Origin: Vibrio cholerae ATCC 14035
GTDB lineage: Bacteria > Pseudomonadota > Gammaproteobacteria > Enterobacterales > Vibrionaceae
Direction of reading: 5' to 3'
Length of the DNA stretch: 32,000 nt
Assembly (NCBI RefSeq): GCF_000621645.1
Contig: NZ_JHXR01000009.1
Coordinates: 90,001 to 122,000, forward strand
Shown here one piece after another: positions 25,845 through 32,000 of this stretch (within the stretch, counting starts at the first letter, position 1; each line of letters begins with the position of its first letter). The position numbers and the translations under genes are program-made. The notes beneath the pieces were generated by a model. It did no database searches. It was not told the DNA's origin and saw only the letters and a program-made list of their open reading frames with translations.

Positions 25845-27053
25845 TCATCGTTCAAACAACCAAAAGTAACCGTAGCCCACTATCGCGGCGGGAATTGAGG
25901 AATAGAGCGTGGCCATTAACGCGGCTTTAGGTGCTAACGCAATGGCGGGGAATAGCGCATCACCATCGTTCGAAATCGCATTCGACAATTGAGCTGAAAA
26001 TGGCAGTGCACCCGACAAGTACAGACTGGTGACGAGGATCTGCGGTCCGCAGCCGGGTAAGAGGCCAATCATAATGCCGAGTGCTGGCATCCATACGCCC
26101 CAATTCCCCCAATTTGCGCCAATTTCAAATCCCGTAAAGTGCAGGGTCAATTCGAAGGCAAGAAAGGCGATGATCACCCACGCACTTACGAAGTTGGTAT
26201 CTTGCGCGGCTTTTTGCATCGGGTGTGAAGTGCGGATTTTATCGTCTTCACTCACGGTGGATTGATAATCTTCAATTTCTTGCGTGAGCGCCCACAGCAA
26301 CATGCTGCTAACGGCCAGTAAAGCACCGATCCATTCGATACTCATTTCAGGCAGTGACAACACTTGGTTGATGTCGATTTGAAATGAAGAGGCAAACGCC
26401 ACTAGGGATGCAGGGAGTAAAAGGTATTTCCAGAACAACCCTTGGAGATTGATCGCTTTAAAAGAGACGGTGCTAGTGGCGGAGCAGCAAGATGTCCGCA
26501 GTTTATTGCTCAGTTCAGTGAGCGCAGGACGCATAAAATCATCCCGATGCAGAGCATTGATCACTAGACCAGTGATACAACCCGTTACAACCCCAATCCC
26601 AATCACATAAAGCCCAGTCACTGGTTGGCTGGCGAGCAGCAAGAAAGCGGCATCGCCCATCGTGGCCGTTAATACCGCGACCAAAGCTCCAAAACCCACT
26701 TTGCCGCTGACAAATTGCGTAGTGACAACAATCGCCCCTCCGCAACCTGGCAAAGCACCCAGTAGAGCGGCAATCACCACTTGTAGGTTTCGCGAGCGGT
26801 GATAAGCGCTGACTAAAGCGTGTGCACCATCCAGCCAGCGAGACACCCAATGATAAATTGCTAAAGTAAAGGCCACATAAGTTGACACTGCCCAGAATGA
26901 ATCCGCTAAGGTTTCGACTGTCACTGCGCGAGTATTCTCACTGACAAGCAAAGCAAAGAGAGCGATAGGCAGCAGCAGTCGCTTGTATCTGAGGTTAAAC
27001 AGAGAGACAAGGACGCGATGATTTGCCATGTTTGGCCATTTTAGAGAGTTCAT
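25845..27053 (-). CDS. ArsP_2 / putative manganese transporter family permease, with an internal two-fold repeat
   Basis: It is a polytopic membrane protein. Its two halves each carry LPGCG (ALPGCGGAIVVTTQF and LLPGCGPQILVTSLY) plus GDAAF/GDALF. The first ATG is at 27053, with an alternative ATG at 27029; the track ORF starts at a TTG (27092) inside the putative operator. Confidence 0.65.
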   Translation of the reverse strand: MNSLKWPNMANHRVLVSLFNLRYKRLLLPIALFALLVSENTRAVTVETLADSFWAVSTYVAFTLAIYHWVSRWLDGAHALVSAYHRSRNLQVVIAALLGALPGCGGAIVVTTQFVSGKVGFGALVAVLTATMGDAAFLLLASQPVTGLYVIGIGVVTGCITGLVINALHRDDFMRPALTELSNKLRTSCCSATSTVSFKAINLQGLFWKYLLLPASLVAFASSFQIDINQVLSLPEMSIEWIGALLAVSSMLLWALTQEIEDYQSTVSEDDKIRTSHPMQKAAQDTNFVSAWVIIAFLAFELTLHFTGFEIGANWGNWGVWMPALGIMIGLLPGCGPQILVTSLYLSGALPFSAQLSNAISNDGDALFPAIALAPKAALMATLYSSIPAAIVGYGYFWLFER

Positions 27054-27068
27054 AGAATATCGCGCGCA

Positions 27069-27087
27069 ATGAATGAGAATTATTATC
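27069..27087. promoter_or_regulatory. Fur-box-like 19-mer (ATGAATGAGAATTATTATC)
   Basis: It matches GATAATGATAATCATTATC at 14/19 positions by hand count. It lies 16-34 bp upstream of the first ATG of the transporter gene. Confidence 0.45.
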
Positions 27088-27093
27088 GACAAT

Positions 27094-27108
27094 ATAGTTG
27101 AGAACTAT
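27094..27108. promoter_or_regulatory. Perfect palindrome ATAGTT-GAG-AACTAT, a candidate metalloregulator operator
   Basis: It has 6-bp perfect arms adjacent to the Fur-like box in the transporter/ppaC divergent spacer. The ATAG...CTAT core is reminiscent of E. coli MntR operators as I recall them. Confidence 0.35.
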
Positions 27109-27238
27109 TCGCAATTTCAAGCGAGTTGTTGGCAGAAAAAGGTTTTTTTGATTTAGCACCATGAAGAAATTATGAAATTGAGTAGAGTGCACCCTTTGTT
27201 TACGCCCGTTTGATGGCAAAGAGAAAATAGGTAACAGA

Positions 27239-28144
27239 ATGATTTTAGTCGTTGGTCATAAAAACCCAGACAGTGACAGTATTTGTAGCGCATTAGTGGC
27301 GGCTGAGCTTTTAAAAGCACGTGGTTTAGAAGCGAAGGCGGTACGCCAAGGTGAAATCAACCGTGAAACGCAACATATTCTGAATGTGGCAGGCGTTGAG
27401 CAACCAGAATTACGTACCAGTGTAGCGGGCGAACAAGTGTGGTTGGTGGATTACACCGATTTAGCGCAAGCACCGGATGATCTCCATCAAGCCGAAATTC
27501 TTGGGATTGTCGATCACCATCGTCTTGGTGATGTGATGACAGTGAATCCACTGGAAGCGTGGATTTGGCCTGTCGGTTGTACCAGCACTATTTTGTTCAA
27601 TCTGTTCAAAATGGAAAATGCAGAAATCACACGCCCACTCGCGTTACTGATGATCTCTGCCATTTTGTCTGACACGGTCGGCTTTGCCTCACCAACCTGC
27701 ACGCAAAAAGATCGTGATGCGGTGGCTGAGTTATCGGTATTAGCGGGCATTACCAATCTGGAAGGCTTTATCAAAGCGCTACTGATTGCGAAAACTGACA
27801 TTGAAGGTTTAAGTGCGGCGCAGCTGGTCGAAAAAGATCTTAAAGCTTACCCATTCAATGGCCGTGAGTTGGTGGTTGGTCAGGTTGAACTGGCTACGCT
27901 AGAGCAAGTCGTGGATATGATTGATGCCTTGGAGGCAGATCTGCAACGTCGTTGTGATGAGGAATCATTGGCTCTTGCAGCACTGATGCTGACCGACATC
28001 ACTACCGCGCAAACTCGTCTGCTGTTTAAAGGAGAATGGTCAGAAAAACTGGCTAAGCATGCAAAAGACGGCGTACTGATGATGGAAAACACCCTAAGTC
28101 GTAAGAAGCAAGGTTGGCCTTGGCTACAAACGGAACTGGCTTGA
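27239..28144 (+). CDS. ppaC: Family II (Mn-dependent, DHH-DHHA2) inorganic pyrophosphatase
   Basis: 301 aa. It has GHKNPDSDSICSA, VDHHR, the SPTCT motif and SRKKQ, and is collinear with Bacillus subtilis PpaC as recalled. Confidence 0.92.
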   Translation: MILVVGHKNPDSDSICSALVAAELLKARGLEAKAVRQGEINRETQHILNVAGVEQPELRTSVAGEQVWLVDYTDLAQAPDDLHQAEILGIVDHHRLGDVMTVNPLEAWIWPVGCTSTILFNLFKMENAEITRPLALLMISAILSDTVGFASPTCTQKDRDAVAELSVLAGITNLEGFIKALLIAKTDIEGLSAAQLVEKDLKAYPFNGRELVVGQVELATLEQVVDMIDALEADLQRRCDEESLALAALMLTDITTAQTRLLFKGEWSEKLAKHAKDGVLMMENTLSRKKQGWPWLQTELA

Positions 28145-28176
28145 TTGCCACTTCGCGGTTAACATTCTTGTTAAGC

Positions 28177-28210
28177 AACGCTCACGCTGTATGCCGTGGG
28201 CGTTTTTTTA
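28177..28210 (+). terminator. Rho-independent terminator of ppaC
   Basis: AACGCTCACG, 8-nt loop, CGTGGGCGTT (one G-U pair), followed by TTTTTTA. Confidence 0.75.
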
Positions 28211-28278
28211 TCTCTGATTGTAGGCGGTATCCTGCAATTTCATCGTTCAGTAGAATGGCAACAATAGGTGGGGAAAAC

Positions 28279-28668
28279 ATGTCCAATCCATTAACCGCAG
28301 AGCAAATGGCGCTCATCAACCAATATGACCAAGAGCAACGATTCAACTACTGCCTGAAAGAGATTGTGGCTAACCAGCAAGTGTGGATTTTAAAAAATGA
28401 GCACGGCTGCGTAATGCTTAATACGGAAGAGGAAGAGTGTGTTCCGGTATGGCCGCATCGTGAATTTGCGCAAGCGTGGGCAACCGGCGAATGGGCTGAG
28501 TGTGAGCCAGAATCGATTGGCTTGAACAAATGGTTTAGTCGCTGGACACAAGGGTTAGAGCAGGATGATTTGTCAGTCGTGGTTTTTCCAAATGACAATG
28601 AAGAAGGGGTGATTTTGTTCCCTGATGAGTTTGACTTTGAACTGAAAAAACTCACTCACCGCCGCTAA
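28279..28668 (+). CDS. DUF2750-like protein (129 aa)
   Basis: ATG at 28279 follows GGTGGGGA. The longer track ORF would overlap ppaC and its terminator. The acidic, Trp-rich sequence (VWILKNEHGCVML, VPVWPHREFAQAW) fits my recollection of DUF2750. Confidence 0.6.
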   Translation: MSNPLTAEQMALINQYDQEQRFNYCLKEIVANQQVWILKNEHGCVMLNTEEEECVPVWPHREFAQAWATGEWAECEPESIGLNKWFSRWTQGLEQDDLSVVVFPNDNEEGVILFPDEFDFELKKLTHRR

Positions 28669-28685
28669 CTGATGCGGTGAAGTAT

Positions 28686-29453
28686 TTAGCGTAACCACTC
28701 ATACAGCGGTGAAGAACGCGCTTCTTGCACCGCATTCTCCAACACACCTTGCTGCTCGTACTGTTTGAGCTTTGCTTTGAGCAAACTTTGCAGTTGCGGT
28801 TGCCTCATGCCACTGCTTAATTCAGGTTCGTAGAGCAGCTTGAGTAAAATCACATCCAATGGGGACAGCAAATCTTCCGGCGTTTTATCGTTAAAGATCG
28901 AAGGGTAGGCGAGCTCTGAATCATTGGGTAATCCCATCACCTGAGTGATCTCCTCGACAATACACGCCAGCAGTTTGCCATGGTCACGAGCTTGATCGAC
29001 CGGAATCACGACTGAAGCCGCAACAATCTCAGAGGCCGAATTGGTGGAATAATTGGCCTGACAGATTGCACCATGCATGGTTTGGGTGGCGGATTTACCC
29101 GCCACCTCTTCTAAGGCTTGTTGCCACTTTGATTGTTGGGTGAACACCCAAATTACGTTGGCCTCAGTGCGGCTGGTCACCACCTGAATTGAGTGCCCAG
29201 TCACTTGGGAGAGGTGTTGTACATGATCGCGTGCTAATTGCTCATGCAGGGCTTTATCAGGCACTTGGTGATCAAAATAGATGCGTAGAGGCTCACGCCA
29301 TTTACTGAGCGGTTTTTCACCTGCGGAGTACTCGTTACGCAGTGCAACGTTGATAAATGCCCGTTCAATAAAGGCGGGATCGCGCCAATTCTCTTGACCA
29401 AAGGCACAGTGGCTAATAAGGGTGAGAAGCCCGATCGCAATCCCTCTTTTCAT
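28686..29453 (-). CDS. Exported DUF2927-like protein
   Basis: 255 aa from the ATG at 29453, with a GTG one codon upstream. The N-terminus MKRGIAIGLLTLISHCAFG is signal-peptide-like. The start lies 3 nt after the sapF stop. The family call is from memory. Confidence 0.6.
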   Translation of the reverse strand: MKRGIAIGLLTLISHCAFGQENWRDPAFIERAFINVALRNEYSAGEKPLSKWREPLRIYFDHQVPDKALHEQLARDHVQHLSQVTGHSIQVVTSRTEANVIWVFTQQSKWQQALEEVAGKSATQTMHGAICQANYSTNSASEIVAASVVIPVDQARDHGKLLACIVEEITQVMGLPNDSELAYPSIFNDKTPEDLLSPLDVILLKLLYEPELSSGMRQPQLQSLLKAKLKQYEQQGVLENAVQEARSSPLYEWLR

Positions 29454-29456
29454 CAC

Positions 29457-30245
29457 TCAATACTTAAAGGTGGGAGCCTTGGTAAAGTGGCTCTCAATCA
29501 TGCGTTGGGTGATGGGATGCTGAGGATCCGCCAACACTTCGTGAGTTTCCCCCGCTTCGACCACGTCTCCTTCATGCATGACGATGATTTTGTCAGTGAT
29601 GTGCTTGATCACTCCGATATGCTGGGATACATACACAAAGGAGACGCCCATCTCTTCTTGCAGTTCCAAAAACAGATTGAGGATTTGCGAGCGCATCGCC
29701 ATATCCAGACCGTTCAACGCCTCATCGGCAATAATGATGGAAGGCTGTAAGATGAGCGCACGAGCCAAGCAGACACGCTGTTTTTGTCCAGTCGCCAGCA
29801 TCTGCGGATAGAAGTAAGCATGCTCTGGCAGTAAACCGACACGTTGCAACGTATCTTTTACACGGCGCATTCGCGCTTCAGGTGTCATGCTGGTATTTCG
29901 TTTCAGCGGCCCTTCCAGAATCGTCCCAATCTGTAAACGTGGATTGAGCGAGGTATTCGGGTCTTGGAAAATCATCCGGATCAATTTACAGCGCGTCGAG
30001 TAGTCTTTATGTTCTAACAACTCCCCGTTGACGCGGATCTCGCCACCGGTCGGTGCAACCATCCCCGCTAACATGCGAGCGAGGGTAGATTTTCCTGAGC
30101 CATTTTGACCAATAAAACCAATGGTTTGTCCTGCTTCAAGAGTAAAGCTGACTGGCTTTACCGCATGTTGGATCTGTTTGCGTAAAAAGCCTGAGCGAGT
30201 GACAAAGTCTTTGTGCAGATTGGTGACTTCTAACAGCGCACTCAT
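29457..30245 (-). CDS. sapF: Peptide/putrescine ABC transporter ATP-binding protein SapF
   Basis: ATG at 30245 overlaps the sapD stop (ATGA). It has Walker [10 protein letters not shown] and is collinear with E. coli SapF as recalled (MLA.GQKQR..LARALIL.P..IIADEAL..LDM.MRSQ). Confidence 0.85.
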   Translation of the reverse strand: MSALLEVTNLHKDFVTRSGFLRKQIQHAVKPVSFTLEAGQTIGFIGQNGSGKSTLARMLAGMVAPTGGEIRVNGELLEHKDYSTRCKLIRMIFQDPNTSLNPRLQIGTILEGPLKRNTSMTPEARMRRVKDTLQRVGLLPEHAYFYPQMLATGQKQRVCLARALILQPSIIIADEALNGLDMAMRSQILNLFLELQEEMGVSFVYVSQHIGVIKHITDKIIVMHEGDVVEAGETHEVLADPQHPITQRMIESHFTKAPTFKY

Positions 30246-31237
30246 TGTGGCGACTCCATGTTGAGCGGGAAATGGCAAGAAAATTTATGGTTTTTTACCC
30301 AGCGTGAATGAGGGACTTCAACACACTGACGCTGAGCGTAAGGGCAACGTGGCCCTAAGCGGCAGCCAATCGGTAAGTGTTGCAGTGGCGGAATTGAGCC
30401 GGGGAGAGATTGTAATTTCTGTTTGTGCGGGATCCAGTCACTAAAATCTGGCATGGCTTTCAGCAGCGCTGCGGTGTACGGGTGCTTTGGCTCTGCCACA
30501 ATTTTTGCAGTTTCCGCAGATTCCACCGATTGCCCGCAATACATGACGGTAATGCGATCCGCCCACTGAGTAATGGTGGTTAAGTCATGGCCGATGAGCA
30601 GGATCGAGGTGTTATTAACCTGATTCATGCGACTCAGCAAACGCAAAATTTGCGATTGAGTGATGGGGTCCACGTCGTTGGTGGGTTCATCTGCGATCAG
30701 CAATTTCGGTTTAGCGGCAATGGCCATCGCAATCATCACTTTCTGACACTCGCCATCCGTCAGCTCATAAGGGTAGCTAGACATGATGTCTTTGTGATCT
30801 TTGATGCCGACTTTGTGCAGCAAAGCAATCGCCTGCTTTTTCCGCCATGTGAAACGCTCCCACCAGCGTCCTTCGAAGGTGTGAAATGGGATGGACTCAA
30901 TCAGTTGTCGTCCAACCTCTTCAGATGGATCAAGACAGGTGGAAGGCTCTTGGAAAATCATTGCCACATCGCGTGCGATCACGCGTCTGCGTTCACGCGG
31001 GGTGAGCTGCAACAAATCAATATTGCCAAGACGCATACGGTCAGCCGTGACGCGCCAGTTTTCTTTACAGATACCGACAATCGCTTTCGCAACCAAGCTC
31101 TTACCTGAGCCTGATTCACCCACTAAGCCACGAATTTCCCCTTCATTCATGGTCAAGCTCATACGATCAACCGCTTTCACAAGGCCTTGTGGAGTATCAA
31201 TCTCAATCGTCAAGTGACGAATATCAAGTAACGGCAT
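30242..31237 (-). CDS. sapD: Peptide/putrescine ABC transporter ATP-binding protein SapD
   Basis: 331 aa, near-collinear with E. coli SapD as recalled ([50 protein letters not shown]). Confidence 0.9.
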   Translation of the reverse strand: MPLLDIRHLTIEIDTPQGLVKAVDRMSLTMNEGEIRGLVGESGSGKSLVAKAIVGICKENWRVTADRMRLGNIDLLQLTPRERRRVIARDVAMIFQEPSTCLDPSEEVGRQLIESIPFHTFEGRWWERFTWRKKQAIALLHKVGIKDHKDIMSSYPYELTDGECQKVMIAMAIAAKPKLLIADEPTNDVDPITQSQILRLLSRMNQVNNTSILLIGHDLTTITQWADRITVMYCGQSVESAETAKIVAEPKHPYTAALLKAMPDFSDWIPHKQKLQSLPGSIPPLQHLPIGCRLGPRCPYAQRQCVEVPHSRWVKNHKFSCHFPLNMESPQ

Positions 31238-32000
31238 TATTCGACTCCCGCATTGAGGGCTTGGCGTGCACCATCGCCGACCAAGTTAATCACTACCACC
31301 GTAAACATAATGGCTAAGCCGGGGAGAGTCACTGTCCAAGGGGCAATATAGATGAGCTCGACTGAATCACCGAGCATCGCTCCCCACTCTGTACTGGGCG
31401 ATTGAGCACCAAGCCCTAAAAATCCGAGCGCGGTGATATCCAGAATCGCAATCGAGAGTGCCATGGTAATTTCCGCTACGATAATGGGCAGAATATTAGG
31501 GAAAATGGAATGCCAGAGCAGATAAAATTCATTTGCACCATCTAGACGGGCAGCCATGACATAATCTTTTTCCACTTCATTGTGTACCGCAACATACACG
31601 GAGCGAATAAAGCGCGGGATCAGTGCCAGACCAATCGCCAGTAAAATGTTGAACTCACCGGCACCCAAAAAAGCCACAAAAATGATCGCCAATAGCAGTG
31701 AGGGGATAGACATCACCGTATCGAGAATATGGTTTAAGGTACTAGAAAGCAGTCCTTTGGTCATGCCAGCCAGTGCACCAATGGTTCCACCGACTAGGGT
31801 TGCAATCAGTGTAATCAGGACGGCAGCACCTATGCTAAACAGCGAACCATCAATCAGGTGAGACAAGATATCTCGCCCCAGATCATCGGTGCCAAGGAAA
31901 TAATCAACGGTACCTTCGGGCTCCCAAGAAGGGGGCAGGAGCAATACGCTGGAGTGCATTTGCGGGTCGTAAGGTGCAATCCAAGGCGACAAAATGGTCA
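31237..32000 (-). CDS. sapC: ABC transporter permease SapC; the 5' end lies beyond the window
   Basis: The frame stays open to the window end and shares its last base with the sapD ATG (TAATG). It is collinear with the C-terminal ~255 aa of E. coli SapC ([19 protein letters not shown]...[19 protein letters not shown]). Confidence 0.85.
   Translation of the reverse strand, partial: TILSPWIAPYDPQMHSSVLLLPPSWEPEGTVDYFLGTDDLGRDILSHLIDGSLFSIGAAVLITLIATLVGGTIGALAGMTKGLLSSTLNHILDTVMSIPSLLLAIIFVAFLGAGEFNILLAIGLALIPRFIRSVYVAVHNEVEKDYVMAARLDGANEFYLLWHSIFPNILPIIVAEITMALSIAILDITALGFLGLGAQSPSTEWGAMLGDSVELIYIAPWTVTLPGLAIMFTVVVINLVGDGARQALNAGVE

Noticed and set aside
27054-27092. TTG-initiated N-terminal extension of the transporter ORF
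   Set aside because: It uses a non-ATG start, and the region coincides with the Fur-like box and likely promoter. The first hydrophobic helix starts well downstream, so the extension is unnecessary.
27030-27238. yybP-ykoY-type manganese riboswitch ahead of the putative Mn transporter
   Set aside because: The leader available between any plausible promoter and the ATG (27053 or 27029) is a few tens of nt. That is too short for the four-way-junction aptamer, and no conserved aptamer sequence is seen.
28114-28278. N-terminal extension making the DUF2750 ORF 184 aa
   Set aside because: The extension overlaps the 3' end of ppaC and runs through the ppaC terminator hairpin. The ATG at 28279 has a purine-rich SD-like sequence and gives the expected family length.
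30587-31217. 173-aa and 108-aa plus-strand ORFs
   Set aside because: They are antisense to sapD, whose frame carries Walker motifs and end-to-end similarity to E. coli SapD.

Overview
This 32-kb stretch reads as conserved Vibrio core chromosome. The gene order is ygiQ, an EAL signalling protein, an M16 protease, metR<>metE, aspS-yciI-yciA-yciB, a small GemA-like gene, ydcF-SDR, focA, torECA, a GH36-like hydrolase, an ArsP_2-type transporter<>ppaC, DUF2750, and DUF2927-sapF-sapD-sapC. This order matches my memory of Vibrio cholerae chromosome I around metE; that is recollection, not a search result. I call 28 protein-coding genes, two of them cut by the window edges. I also call 9 hairpin terminators, 5 ERIC/IRU-type intergenic repeat copies, MetJ boxes, TorR-type decamer boxes and several palindromes with no assigned function. 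I see no rRNA, tRNA, CRISPR, IS element, integrase, or obvious defence or toxin genes. I could not find a convincing new multi-gene system; most of the window is ordinary housekeeping DNA. The most unusual signals are non-coding or contextual. (1) About seven tandem 18-bp iteron-like repeats form the promoter region of an orphan phage-GemA-like mini-gene. (2) Two perfect consensus DnaA boxes sit in inverted orientation in the long focA-torE spacer. (3) A 15-bp-arm, almost purely A/T palindrome abuts three tandem tor-box decamers. (4) A divergent Mn-dependent pyrophosphatase and putative Mn transporter share a control region with a Fur-like box and an ATAG..CTAT palindrome. (5) A DUF2927 gene is fused stop-to-start to sapF. 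All family assignments come from reading the supplied translations and recalling homologues, and none was verified by search.
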